Shown: positions 49,099 to 60,558 of the stretch, one piece after another
Position numbering within the stretch: position 1 is the first letter of the stretch
How the letters are laid out: the number at the start of each line of letters is the position of its first letter
Source of the DNA: Candidatus Aenigmatarchaeota archaeon
Lineage (GTDB): Archaea > Aenigmatarchaeota > Aenigmatarchaeia > QMZP01 > QMZT01
Assembly (NCBI GenBank): GCA_016932735.1
Contig: JAFGCI010000001.1
Location: forward strand, 35,772-99,771
Length of the DNA: 64,000 nt
Reading direction: 5' to 3'
Translations under genes and position numbers: made by a program
The notes under the pieces: generated by a model
The model's database searches: none
What the model saw: the letters and a program-made list of their open reading frames with translations, nothing else
What the model was told of the DNA's origin: nothing

Positions 49099-50296
49099 GA
49101 AGGGAGCTGTGCCAGTAATACTACTTATAATAATTTTATTGGCTGCAATGATTATTGGGAGCCTTTTTTTACGCTCATTTGCCAGTTCCAACACTCTGGG
49201 CAGGAGTTTATTGAGAGACCAGAAAGTAATCAGGTATTATTATGATACAGAAAATATGGGCACCATGGTCCTCTCATTTCTTAACACAAAGCAAGGCGAA
49301 ATGGACTATGCGGTGCTTCTGGGTGCAATGGGAGCAAGCAACTTCCCTCTTCAGAAGAAAAATGATATAGAGAAAACTTTGGAGCAGATGGCGACTGCAA
49401 TGAACAAGGAAAAATGTTATATTGTTATCAGAGGCGCGGAAAATACAGAGACATTAGGAAAGAGCTCTTCGGTTCAGTCCTCACCGAACGCCGGATTTTC
49501 TGAAAGAAAGGAGATAGAGGCAACAATAAACAACCTTCCAGTTAAAGGCGATACATGTATAACATCCCCTTTCGGCTGGAGATTCTGGTGGACGACACAT
49601 GATTATTCCAACGAGGATGGAAAAAGATGGCAGTTCCATATGGGAATTGATTTGGGAAGCAAAGACCAGGAAGTGGTTTCTGTTGATGAAGGGATAATAG
49701 ATTATATAGAAAGTTCATGTGATGAGAACGTTCCCCATACATGCCTTCAGGCCGGTCAGGAGGATGTGAAGGGATGCGCCTGCAATAGCGGATACGGTAA
49801 TACGGTTGTAATTGCCCATGGAGAGAAATCAGAAAAATCGGTATACAATAAAATAAAGAACAAGGAAGAGAAAGTGACCGCATATGATTTTTACACAATA
49901 TACTCCCATATGAATGAAGTAAAAGTAACCAAAGGACAGTCTGTCTCGGCCGGAGATGTTTTGGGAACAGTCGGCAATTCTGGAAAATCTACAAATTATC
50001 ATTTACATTTTGCTGTCAGCAAAGCTCCATACGAACCTGAATACAGAAGCAGCCCATTAAACTATTACAACCCCTGTCCATTATTCTCCGAAAATTCCGG
50101 ATTGAAAGAAATCATTTCCAAGAATAGCGGAAACTGCAAATCCTGCGAAGCCGACTGTATGGAGAATGTTCTGGACCCGGAGGCAGATAAAGACGAGATT
50201 GAGTTATGTGCTTTGAGTGGGGGAATAAAAGAAGCTACATACATACCACTTGTGGATGAATATAAGACAGGTACAGTTGAAATAGCCTGTTATTAA
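49085..50296 (+). CDS. M23 metallopeptidase fused to class III signal peptide
   Basis: MSRYKKG|AVPVILLIIILL; ITSPFGWR, HMGID (HxxxD), GYGNTVVIAH, YSHM, GNSGKSTNYHLHF (HxH). Confidence 0.88.
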   Translation: MSRYKKGAVPVILLIIILLAAMIIGSLFLRSFASSNTLGRSLLRDQKVIRYYYDTENMGTMVLSFLNTKQGEMDYAVLLGAMGASNFPLQKKNDIEKTLEQMATAMNKEKCYIVIRGAENTETLGKSSSVQSSPNAGFSERKEIEATINNLPVKGDTCITSPFGWRFWWTTHDYSNEDGKRWQFHMGIDLGSKDQEVVSVDEGIIDYIESSCDENVPHTCLQAGQEDVKGCACNSGYGNTVVIAHGEKSEKSVYNKIKNKEEKVTAYDFYTIYSHMNEVKVTKGQSVSAGDVLGTVGNSGKSTNYHLHFAVSKAPYEPEYRSSPLNYYNPCPLFSENSGLKEIISKNSGNCKSCEADCMENVLDPEADKDEIELCALSGGIKEATYIPLVDEYKTGTVEIACY

Positions 50297-50305
50297 GTGA
50301 AAATA

Positions 50306-51040
50306 ATGTCAAGACAAAGAAAGGGAATGGGAAACATGGTAATTGCTTTCGCGTTAATAGTCATATTGATATTTGTCTGGACCCCTACAGGAAAACTGAA
50401 AGGCGAAACTTCCAATGATTACATTACAATAGTCAGAGAAGACGATACTAATACAGTCCAGAACTCCCTGGACCTCGCCAAAAAGTTTTTAGAAACGTCT
50501 CTAAACTATGCTGTCTATCAGGCAATAGAAGATACATCTATCATGGAAGATGAACAAACACTATCTCAGCTTATCCTAAATAATCTAAATATATACACAG
50601 AGTCCGGGAAAAAAACAATAGCCTCTATGGGAAAGGAAATAAATCTGCTAGAATTTAAAAAAATAATTTTAGAACCTCGTGGGAATTACATGCAAATAAA
50701 GGCCGAAGCCGAGAAAGAACTGTCCTATGAAACCAAACTGAATGAAAACGATATTTTATATCAGGAAAAAAACGCCGATTTAGATATAATCCTTCCTTTT
50801 AGTATTTTTGAAATGAAAAACGAAGCCCAGAGCATTTTCGATTCGGTCAAATCAAATTCATGCGGAGGTAGAAAATATGACAGCGAATGCGGAAGATATT
50901 ATTGCAAAGCATCATCCGTTATGGAAGATACCTGCAAAACCACAATAAAAGTCGAATATAGAGAAACGACTTATCCCGTTTTAGAAAACGACAAAGCAGT
51001 GTTCAAGAATCTTGGCCTTACATTCACCTTTAAAGAATGA
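50306..51040 (+). CDS. Pilin-like protein with class III signal
   Basis: MSRQRKG|MGNMVIAFALIVILIFVW; C-terminal Cys cluster. Confidence 0.65.
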   Translation: MSRQRKGMGNMVIAFALIVILIFVWTPTGKLKGETSNDYITIVREDDTNTVQNSLDLAKKFLETSLNYAVYQAIEDTSIMEDEQTLSQLILNNLNIYTESGKKTIASMGKEINLLEFKKIILEPRGNYMQIKAEAEKELSYETKLNENDILYQEKNADLDIILPFSIFEMKNEAQSIFDSVKSNSCGGRKYDSECGRYYCKASSVMEDTCKTTIKVEYRETTYPVLENDKAVFKNLGLTFTFKE

Positions 51041-51041
51041 T

Positions 51042-51710
51042 TCATACAAAACCAAAAGCCTCTGCAGCATTCCCCATCTCAGGACCGCTCGTATCCTTCC
51101 CGGCAATGAAGCCATTTGAATTGGCTACAAGTCCGGACCTTACCCACCCGGAGCCGAAATTAACAGTTCCCGTATCAACAGGAACTTTCAGGACATCTTC
51201 AAGTCTTTTCTTTTCAGCATCCCTGATATTTTTGTGTACCAGACATCCCTTGTTAGTGCATACTCCAAGCGAGCCTACAAGGTTTATTTCATCTATCGTT
51301 CCGGTTTTGACTGTAACCTTCAGAAAGTCGCTTATCTTTTTCGAGAATTTTTCCAGTTCATCCGATATTATGCATCCGCTGTCATTGCAAAGTATAAGAT
51401 TGCCCAGTGCCGTGTATCTGGTACTTAGGACAAGGACGTTGGTTTTTCTTTTAAGTAATTCAATCTCTTCTTCATCCAGTTTATCTGAAACAATAACTCC
51501 TCTGGAATTTCCGGCAACGAAAATTCCCGCAAGCTCTGTTCCCAGAAAAGTTGTCTCAATAACATCGACTTTAAGAACTGCTTTCAGGATTTCGGTATGT
51601 TTTGCCGAGGCACCCCTTCCGATTATACATAAAGAATCGGATGCGAAAGAAAAAAGACCTATGAAGGAATTGCCCTGAAAATCAAGCCTTTCAATCCTTT
51701 TTGGCGTCAT
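51042..51710 (-). CDS. eif6: Translation initiation factor 6
   Basis: GNSFIG, ALGNLILCND, GTVNFGS...SGLVANSNG, TSGPE. Confidence 0.92.
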   Translation of the reverse strand: MTPKRIERLDFQGNSFIGLFSFASDSLCIIGRGASAKHTEILKAVLKVDVIETTFLGTELAGIFVAGNSRGVIVSDKLDEEEIELLKRKTNVLVLSTRYTALGNLILCNDSGCIISDELEKFSKKISDFLKVTVKTGTIDEINLVGSLGVCTNKGCLVHKNIRDAEKKRLEDVLKVPVDTGTVNFGSGWVRSGLVANSNGFIAGKDTSGPEMGNAAEAFGFV

Positions 51711-52176
51711 CTTTTACCTTCTCGGATTTTTTGTCAACCTGAACCTGCTCTTCAAAATTCTCTTCTGCAGACTTCTTCGGAGACTCTTTCTTTTCTTCGG
51801 CGGCTTTTTGAGGAGCAGCCGTTTTTGATGCAAGCATCTCCTGAAGTTTTGATTTGGTGTCCTGCTTCTTTATTTTTCTTATCTTCTTTTTCTTTGCTTC
51901 TTTTTCATCAGGCAACATGATTTTCGCGGTCTCGTCGTCTATCATTACCTTTACTTTTATTTTATGCGCCGGATTTTTGACTCCTTTTTTCAGTACATAG
52001 TGATTAACGCCCTGGGAAACCTTTACTTCTGAAACATCACCCAGATTCTTCTCAAAATAAGCCCTAAGGTACCTCATTGCAGCCCGGCCTCTCTTGGGTC
52101 CGGACACGTCTCTGAAGCCGTTCCTGAGATTGACGATATACATTCTCTCCTTATCAGAAACGTCTGTCTTTGCCAT
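51691..52176 (-). CDS. rpl31e: 50S ribosomal protein L31e with Lys/Glu-rich tail
   Basis: ERMYIVNLR...KRGRAAM...VN-x-x-V...P-x-x-KIKVK; between L39e and eIF6. Confidence 0.85.
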   Translation of the reverse strand: MAKTDVSDKERMYIVNLRNGFRDVSGPKRGRAAMRYLRAYFEKNLGDVSEVKVSQGVNHYVLKKGVKNPAHKIKVKVMIDDETAKIMLPDEKEAKKKKIRKIKKQDTKSKLQEMLASKTAAPQKAAEEKKESPKKSAEENFEEQVQVDKKSEKVKDDAKKD

Positions 52177-52189
52177 ATTTTCACCGGCT

Positions 52190-52360
52190 TCATACCTTCA
52201 GATTCTTTCCCTTTCTCCATTTGGGAACGATTATCCTTATTCTTCTCGACCTTGCCTTCTTGAGGCTGAACTTCTTGATATCAGCCCATCTGGGAGCCGG
52301 TCTGATTTTTGCTATTGCACCAAGGCGGAGCTTCTTTCCACCTGTCTTGTTTTTAGACAT
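52190..52360 (-). CDS. rpl39e: 50S ribosomal protein L39e (56 aa, not in ORF track)
   Basis: MSKNKTGGKKLRL...RPAPRWA...KWRK; conserved S19e-PDCD5-L39e-L31e-eIF6 order. Confidence 0.85.
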   Translation of the reverse strand: MSKNKTGGKKLRLGAIAKIRPAPRWADIKKFSLKKARSRRIRIIVPKWRKGKNLKV

Positions 52361-52367
52361 ATAATCA

Positions 52368-52643
52368 TCATTTTCTTTTAATCCTGAAATTCTGTTTTTC
52401 TCCTGAGAGAAGACTTAAAACCTCTTTCAGTTTCTCATCGGTTACCGGGCGCAGGAGTTTTCCGCCCTGCTGGATTTGTATTATGTAAAGTTCAGCTTGA
52501 TTTGCAATTGCCGGATTTACCGACCTCACACGGGCGAGCCTTTCATACGCCTCTTTTGTAAGAGCCTTCATCAGCAACTGTTTTTTTAATTTCTCGAGTT
52601 TTTTCATCTCTTCCATTTTTTCCATGTCTTCTGCTGAGTACAT
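52368..52643 (-). CDS. PDCD5/TFAR19-like DNA-binding protein
   Basis: LTKEAYERLARV...P...AE-x-YI-x-Q...VTDEKLKEVL. Confidence 0.88.
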   Translation of the reverse strand: MYSAEDMEKMEEMKKLEKLKKQLLMKALTKEAYERLARVRSVNPAIANQAELYIIQIQQGGKLLRPVTDEKLKEVLSLLSGEKQNFRIKRK

Positions 52644-52649
52644 AAAGCA

Positions 52650-53099
52650 TCATGCGGATATGGATTTGATGCTCTTTGAAACGAATGAACGTCCTTTTGG
52701 TGTTAGCATTCTACCTTTACCTTTTTCGGTCTTGACAAGTCCTGCCTTTTCAAGCTGCTGAAATATGTTTCTTATGATGGCTCCCGAAGCCTTCTTCTTG
52801 TGCTCCGGTGCGGTTCCGTTGTTCTTTCTTCCCCCGTAGACCTTTCTTAATCTCTCCACACCAACGGGGTTATTCATGTATAATTTTCTTAAAATCGAGG
52901 AAGATCTTACATACCACCAGTCCTTGTTTTCGGGAACTCTTTGCCTGTTTACGCCTGTCTTCACGTATGCCGACCATTCAGGAGGCTTCATCTCTTCCAT
53001 CTTGCCAAGGTCCGCAGAAAGCTTTACTAAAAGCTTATCAACGGACACATCTTTTGCTGAAATCATAATTATTTCCTCTGCTGATTCCATGCGCACCAA
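52650..53099 (-). CDS. rps19e: 30S ribosomal protein S19e
   Basis: PPEWSAYVKTG, DWWYVR, VGVERLRKVYGG, QQLEKAG; true start may be 53090 or 53068. Confidence 0.93.
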   Translation of the reverse strand: MVRMESAEEIIMISAKDVSVDKLLVKLSADLGKMEEMKPPEWSAYVKTGVNRQRVPENKDWWYVRSSSILRKLYMNNPVGVERLRKVYGGRKNNGTAPEHKKKASGAIIRNIFQQLEKAGLVKTEKGKGRMLTPKGRSFVSKSIKSISA

Positions 53100-53183
53100 A
53101 AGGCGCGATGCCTAAAATCGCTATTTTAGGTACTATATTAATGCAAGCATTTATATTTATATAGGTTATAGGGAGCGTGTTGT

Positions 53184-53449
53184 CTATAAACTGTACTTCA
53201 TTGCGTCCAGAACCCCTTCCAGAGCCAGTATATAAGCCGCTGTCCTCATGTCAGTTTTGTGCTTTTCTTTTTTGTCCATGACGTCTTTGAAAGACTGCGT
53301 CAGTATTTTATCCATCTTACAGGTATATTGACCGTCAGAATCCTTTTCGGGCTTTTCAGGACTTCAAGAATATCGGGCGCTGCATCTATGTATTTCGAAG
53401 CCTTCTCGAACTGTTTCAGTGAAATCTCAAAAGCATTTAACTTAGACAT
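53184..53449 (-). pseudogene. gdhA: Glutamate dehydrogenase remnant (N- and C-termini only)
   Basis: MSKLNAFEISLKQFEKA...LKSPKRILTVNIPV joined out of frame to MDKILTQSFKDV...DMRTAAYILALEGVLDAMK; GGAGG SD retained. Confidence 0.75.
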
Positions 53450-53563
53450 TTCAATCCCTCCGGTGATAATATATCTAAAATAAGATACATAATTATAAAG
53501 ATATATTCATATGCCTTAACATTCAGATTACCATTTATGAATGTTTAAAATCAGTCAAAAAAT

Positions 53564-54271
53564 TTATTCGCTCTTTTCAGGAGCGGCTACAGTTTCAGTC
53601 TTTTCAGGTTCTTCTGCTTTTTCCATTGCCTTCTCGAGGGCGGGTGTCATGGCATTTTCCGAAGGCTCAATTACTTTTATCCTTCCGATTTCACTGAATT
53701 TTACAGGATAAACCTTATTGAGCTGCTTCTTCATTTTCATCTGGAAAGAGCCTTTGATTACTTCCTGCATTAGATCGTTGAAGGTCATTTTCTTTATCTT
53801 GTCATCAATGAACTTTTTTGTATTGTTTATTATTTCCGACCTTACAGCACTGCTGACGTTCCTTGTCATTATCAGAAGAGGTTTAATCCTTATTTCCCAT
53901 CCATCTTTGGTCTTAACGACGTGCGTTATTTCTATTTTGTCCTTTCTTTTTCTGACAATCCGCGAAAGGTATTCGTTCATGCACTGCATTCCGTTGGGAA
54001 TGGTTTGCGCATTGCTTCCTTTGACATCAGCTATCTTGAATTTAAGCCATACAAAATATTTAGACCTCTCTCCTGTAACCTCAGAAACAGGAACATTGAT
54101 ATTCCTTCCTATAAGAGAGGCAGGGTCTGTGCTAGGTGTCTGGTAGATTACCTTGCTCCCGAATTCCGGAGGCGTCATTATATCAAACCAGTCCTTTCCC
54201 TTCCATTTCTTGACTGACTGCGCCTGGCTCATCTTCTTCTGTGGACCTTTTTTCTCAGCCTGTTTTGCCAT
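53564..54271 (-). CDS. rps3ae: 30S ribosomal protein S3Ae
   Basis: KWKGKDWF, GR, YLSRIVRKR, KVYP. Confidence 0.9.
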   Translation of the reverse strand: MAKQAEKKGPQKKMSQAQSVKKWKGKDWFDIMTPPEFGSKVIYQTPSTDPASLIGRNINVPVSEVTGERSKYFVWLKFKIADVKGSNAQTIPNGMQCMNEYLSRIVRKRKDKIEITHVVKTKDGWEIRIKPLLIMTRNVSSAVRSEIINNTKKFIDDKIKKMTFNDLMQEVIKGSFQMKMKKQLNKVYPVKFSEIGRIKVIEPSENAMTPALEKAMEKAEEPEKTETVAAPEKSE

Positions 54272-54277
54272 TTATCA

Positions 54278-55813
54278 TCACAAATCTTTTTCGGCACTGA
54301 AGCCGTCTTCAATTATCTTGTTATTATCTGTTTCACCATTACAGGATGAAATAGTACTTTCATTAATGGTATCTGTTATATTTAAATTTGTTAACTCATC
54401 CTCTACAATTTCCATAAACCTTTTTTCCATATCTTTCGGGATTCGCGCCCCTGAAGCTCCTGCATGGCCTCCACCTTCGCCTCCGCATGCAGCTGATGCT
54501 TTGGAAATAATTTCCTTCAGGTTTATCGGGCCTCCGCTCAAGGACTTATCCAATCTTGCCGACACTTTTATTGTGGAATCCTCGCTCGCGAACCCTATAA
54601 GAGGTTTCCCGTCGGGAACCATATGTGAATGATTGATGATTGACATTACATTAGAAATTATGTCCTGCGGTATCTTTTCACCAGCCATTACATAGACAGC
54701 ATTGCTGAAAATGACTTTGTCTGTTCTTTGTTTAATCTGCTTCTGAACCCATCTGACAGAATTGCTTATGCTTCTCTTGTAAGATATTATTGCAGACCTC
54801 ACATCATCAAAGACAGACTCATCATTCATGCAAAGCCTGACACCCAGGTCTGGCTTCCCGGTCTTTCCGCATGAATTCAGCATAGTGGCAAATTCGTTAG
54901 CATCCCTGAACTCCTCATTCCTTTCAAGAAGTTCATAGACATCCCCAAATATTTCCTCGGGATTATCATGTTTCCCATTTATCCTTGCGACGATTATTCC
55001 TGACGCAAGATTTTTTTGCTCATCTTCGGACAGGTCTGATATCGTTCTCCATGAGCCGTCTTCCCTTTTCAGGTTTATCATCATGTCATTGAGGAACGCG
55101 ATTGACTTTGATTCGGAGCCTGTTATACCCGGTATGAAGGGGTCTGTTGTGTATTCAAGAGCCTTATGAAGCGGTCTTGTGTAACGTCCCCAAATTCTTA
55201 ACCCCTTTAGCAGTGCAATCTTTCCGGAATTCTGCGCATCTTTCAGAATCTCCCTGTTCATGCCGTTTAAGCCCCAGTTGTCTCCGACCGAGTCAATCTG
55301 TGAATCCCCGATTGCCCCGATTATGGCAAGTTCGCTCAGGTCTATATTATTATTGTCAAGAGCTCTTGCAAGAATATAAGAAACCCCTGAGCCCGAGAGG
55401 TTCTCGCCCATTCCGAGCTCCAGCGAATTTATGTGAATTATACCTTCCCTTTTGATTTCGCCCTGAATCTGGTGGTGGTCGCAGATTATGATTTTTGAAT
55501 CCGGAAGATATTTCTGAAGATTATCAAGCTGTCCCGAACCCATGTCGGTGATTATGTTAAGAGAATATTTTTCCTTTTCGAGGCCCTTTATGAATTCTTC
55601 TTCCAGCTGTCTGAATATGGAAAGATGGAACTTCTTGCCAAGACGCTTTAGCGCAAGAGAAATTATCGCGGCAGATGTTATACCGTCTGCATCGTAGTGT
55701 GATATGACTCTTATTGTATCATCATAACCCTTTATCATCTCTGCTGCTTTTCTGGCTGCAGCTACCATCTCCTTTAGGCCTTCGATAGCAACAGCGTCTT
55801 CTATATTTTCCAT
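54278..55813 (-). CDS. DHH phosphoesterase (RecJ/GAN/Cdc45-like)
   Basis: SHYDADG, DMGSG, DHH, GAIGD, EFATMLNSCG, GGGH; upstream of S3Ae. Confidence 0.88.
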   Translation of the reverse strand: MENIEDAVAIEGLKEMVAAARKAAEMIKGYDDTIRVISHYDADGITSAAIISLALKRLGKKFHLSIFRQLEEEFIKGLEKEKYSLNIITDMGSGQLDNLQKYLPDSKIIICDHHQIQGEIKREGIIHINSLELGMGENLSGSGVSYILARALDNNNIDLSELAIIGAIGDSQIDSVGDNWGLNGMNREILKDAQNSGKIALLKGLRIWGRYTRPLHKALEYTTDPFIPGITGSESKSIAFLNDMMINLKREDGSWRTISDLSEDEQKNLASGIIVARINGKHDNPEEIFGDVYELLERNEEFRDANEFATMLNSCGKTGKPDLGVRLCMNDESVFDDVRSAIISYKRSISNSVRWVQKQIKQRTDKVIFSNAVYVMAGEKIPQDIISNVMSIINHSHMVPDGKPLIGFASEDSTIKVSARLDKSLSGGPINLKEIISKASAACGGEGGGHAGASGARIPKDMEKRFMEIVEDELTNLNITDTINESTISSCNGETDNNKIIEDGFSAEKDL

Positions 55814-55931
55814 GGAATCACAAAGAATTACCTTTAGTTATAGTTCAGTACGATTAAATATTAATTCTCTCGTCATTCTCCTGTGACTTGGAAACATATG
55901 GGTTTATAAGATATTTCCATATAGAAAATCT

Positions 55932-56333
55932 ATGAATTTTTACAATCGTATATTTTGGGCAGTGTTTATAATAGCAGCTGTTGTATCCATTTTTATAGCT
56001 CTCGGAGACCTGTTCTTTTTTGGCGTCATTTTCTGCCTTTTTGTCATACTTGCGGGCATTGCAAAGCTTGAGCAGGATAAGAACAACAAGGAAATCATTG
56101 AATCGTTCGATACAATCGATGACGAGATGAGTAGCCTTGCAAGGAACTTCGAGAAGAGCCATCTTTACACCAGGGACACCAGGGACCAGACAGATTCAAG
56201 AATACAGAAATTCGAATCCAAAAGAATTGAAACGGAAAAGAAAGTCGAAACCATGTACAGGGACATCGTCAAGAAGATAATACAGATTGAGAACTCACTT
56301 AACAAGATGGGCAAGGAAACCAAAAAGAAGTGA
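55932..56333 (+). CDS. 2-TM plus coiled-coil hypothetical protein
   Basis: Hydrophobic N-terminus, charged heptad tail; TTTATAAG TATA upstream. Confidence 0.65.
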   Translation: MNFYNRIFWAVFIIAAVVSIFIALGDLFFFGVIFCLFVILAGIAKLEQDKNNKEIIESFDTIDDEMSSLARNFEKSHLYTRDTRDQTDSRIQKFESKRIETEKKVETMYRDIVKKIIQIENSLNKMGKETKKK

Positions 56334-56335
56334 GA

Positions 56336-56788
56336 TTATACTTTTCTTGTGGCGCGTCTCCACTGTGGACCTAAGCCAAACCATGGGTCATCCCTTTCCC
56401 GATCAGCGTTATTTATCATGTTCATGGTTTTATGAGCTATACTTTTAGCGTCTTCTAAAGTTTTTTGAGGCGTGCACAAAGCACCATCTCCGGGATAATG
56501 AGGAACAAATTCACCTACTATTGTCTTATAAATAGGTACGGCTGTTCCTCCAATTTCGTATTTCATAAATAAGCCTTTGTCTGCCAGTTTTCTGGCCTCC
56601 GATTCAGTGCCACAAAGAACACTAGTAGCTTTACCATCAATAGAATATGTAAATTTTCCATCCTGTTGAGAAATGGATATTAACTGACCATACCGGTTTG
56701 AATATATGATGTCACTGGTAGCACTTCTTCTATTTTTTATTAACTTTGATCTGCCGAAGAGATCGAGCTGTTCTACTGTACTGGCCAT
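56336..56788 (-). CDS. Hypothetical protein
   Basis: 150-aa ORF with TTTATAAA upstream; somewhat AT-rich. Confidence 0.55.
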   Translation of the reverse strand: MASTVEQLDLFGRSKLIKNRRSATSDIIYSNRYGQLISISQQDGKFTYSIDGKATSVLCGTESEARKLADKGLFMKYEIGGTAVPIYKTIVGEFVPHYPGDGALCTPQKTLEDAKSIAHKTMNMINNADRERDDPWFGLGPQWRRATRKV

Positions 56789-56857
56789 GTCACATCAATT
56801 TATTATTTAACTTATGTATTTATAAATTAATTACTACATAAGAGGAACAAAATATAA

Positions 56858-58315
56858 TTAATAACTCTTTGCAAAATAAACCGCATGCTGTGAAGGCTTC
56901 CCGCATTTTATGCATTTATCCCCTATTTTTGGTTGGTCAAAAGGTACGCACAAAGTCTTGATTCCCTCAGTCTCAAACTTAATTAATTCTTCGCATTCCG
57001 TTTCCCCACAGTGTGGAGCGAGGATTAGCTTTTTCTCTTTTGCGAACTTGGTAAATTCATTCCAGTCTTTTGGTTCAGCAATGCTTTCTGTGAGCCATTT
57101 TTTAGCTTTTTCAAAAAGCGATTTCTGGATTTCTTCCAGAAGATTTTCGATGGTCTTTTCCAGATCATCGAATTTTACGAAAAGCTTCTCGCCTGTATCC
57201 CTTCTTACGAGAACGGCCTGATTCTTCTCGATATCTTTTGGGCCAATTTCCAGCCTTATGGGAACGCCTTTAAGTTCCCAGTGATTGTACTTCCAGCCGG
57301 AGCTGTACTCCTCCCTCGCATCCGTTTTGACTCTGAAATTATCAAGAGATTTTTCAATTTCTTTTGCCTTTTCAAGGACTTCTTTTTTGGATTTTTCAAA
57401 AATTATCGGAACGATGACAACCTGCACCGGAGCTATCCTAGGTGGAAGAACCAAGCCCTTATCGTCGCTATGAGTTATTATCATGACACCGATTGAGCGT
57501 GTCGTGAAACCCCAGGAGTTCTGCCATCCATACTGGTTCTTTCCGTTTTCATCAAGGAATTTTATATCGAAAGCCTTCGAGAAGTTCTGGCCCAGAAAAT
57601 GTGACGTTGCTCCCTGAATGGCCTTTCCTATCGGAAGAAATGTTTCGACGCTGGTCGTGTAAGCCGCTCCCGCAAACTTCTCCTTTTCGGTCTTCTTTCC
57701 TTTTATCATCGGAACAGCGAGCAAGTCTTCATACGTCTGTCTATAATATTCAAGTATTTCCAGAACCTCTTTCTCGGCTTCTTCTTTATTCGCGAAGACC
57801 GTGTGGCCTTCCTGCCAAAGGAATTCTCTGGTTCTGAGGAAAGGCATGGGATATTTGAACTCCCATCTCACGACATTGTTCCACTGGTTCAGCCTTAACG
57901 GGAGATCGTTATGTGACCTGACCCATTTCGCATAAGAATCATACATTATAGTCTCCGATGTCGGGCGGACTGCCAGCCTCTCGGACAGTTTGCTGTCTCC
58001 CGCGTGTGTTACCCACGCAACTTCGGGCGTGAATCCTTCAACGTGTTCCTGCTCTTTCATCAAAAGGGATTCCGGAATGAACAACGGAAAGTAAGCATTT
58101 TCGACTCCTGATTTTTTGAATCTTTCATCAAGAAAATCCCTAATCATATCCCACATCGCGTAGGAATAGGGTCTGAAAACGATGCATCCGGATACCTTCG
58201 AATAGTCGGCCAGTTCGGCCTTCTGAATAAGCTGTGTGTACCATTCACTGAAATTGTCAGTTTTCTTTTCGGTGAGGCCCTTCAGATTCGTGGAACTGTC
58301 ATCGCTTTTACCCAT
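56858..58315 (-). CDS. proS: Proline--tRNA ligase (archaeal/eukaryotic type)
   Basis: FSEWY, RPTSET, FLRTREFLWQEGHT, QGATSH, C-terminal AKSY. Confidence 0.96.
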   Translation of the reverse strand: MGKSDDSSTNLKGLTEKKTDNFSEWYTQLIQKAELADYSKVSGCIVFRPYSYAMWDMIRDFLDERFKKSGVENAYFPLFIPESLLMKEQEHVEGFTPEVAWVTHAGDSKLSERLAVRPTSETIMYDSYAKWVRSHNDLPLRLNQWNNVVRWEFKYPMPFLRTREFLWQEGHTVFANKEEAEKEVLEILEYYRQTYEDLLAVPMIKGKKTEKEKFAGAAYTTSVETFLPIGKAIQGATSHFLGQNFSKAFDIKFLDENGKNQYGWQNSWGFTTRSIGVMIITHSDDKGLVLPPRIAPVQVVIVPIIFEKSKKEVLEKAKEIEKSLDNFRVKTDAREEYSSGWKYNHWELKGVPIRLEIGPKDIEKNQAVLVRRDTGEKLFVKFDDLEKTIENLLEEIQKSLFEKAKKWLTESIAEPKDWNEFTKFAKEKKLILAPHCGETECEELIKFETEGIKTLCVPFDQPKIGDKCIKCGKPSQHAVYFAKSY

Positions 58316-58628
58316 GAATTAACCCTCTTGATTTATTACTTTTAGTAGGTTTATTAGTTAATACATTTATATACCTCTTTGTTATATAATTTACGTTATC
58401 GCCTTCAGGATTGGATTACTTATATAAATCTAACCTGCATATTAGGTGATACGCTTAACAGACGGTCAAAAACAAAACACACCGAAAACATGATACACCG
58501 TTCATATTCAATAGATGTGAGCCTGAAGCCGTTAGAGAGGCATCAGGTTTGAAGTAGGCAAGAACAGACTCAACCCAATGTGAAATCTTATTGAGAGATT
58601 TAATAGGAGTAAATGTGCAAAGCCAATA

Positions 58629-60144
<1,516 letters not shown>

Positions 60145-60339
60145 ATATCTTTCATTCACGAGTATCCTCTGGATACAGTGCCTTGAACCTCACGGTCCAA
60201 GGAAGTACACAAAATCGGGTCGAGTCTGAAAAAGTGGTTAATAAATATATGGTTCATGTGAGTACATGCCCGCCACTATCAATATAATCAAGCAGGATAT
60301 CACAGCAAACCAATATAGCAGTGTTAACCAAATCATTAT

Positions 60340-60558
60340 GGGCTGATAGATCAGTGGTACCTCCTCTGCGCAATCAGGGAAGCCCTATTTGCATAGGGGG
60401 AACTTTAGATCGCTCGCTTTGCAAGCGAGAGGCCGTGGGTTCAAATGCATGTGCACTAACATGCAATGCCTTGAAAGGGATTCAAGGAGCCTTTCTCAGA
60501 AAATGAATATTCCGGAAATAAATCAAATTAAGGATGTTTGGAATTCCCACTCAGTCCA
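60340..60558 (+). tRNA. tRNA-Ala(TGC) in rRNA spacer with introns at 20/21 (60359-60406) and 59/60 (60446-60544)
   Basis: GGGCTGA/TCAGTCC-A with G3:U70, CTCGC-TTTGCAA-GCGAG; BHB helices AGTG/AACT (relaxed) and TTCA/TGGA. Confidence 0.9.

Noticed and set aside
55814..55931. No S15 gene upstream of the DHH-S3Ae pair
   Set aside because: Simple rearrangement is likely; absence cannot be judged from one window
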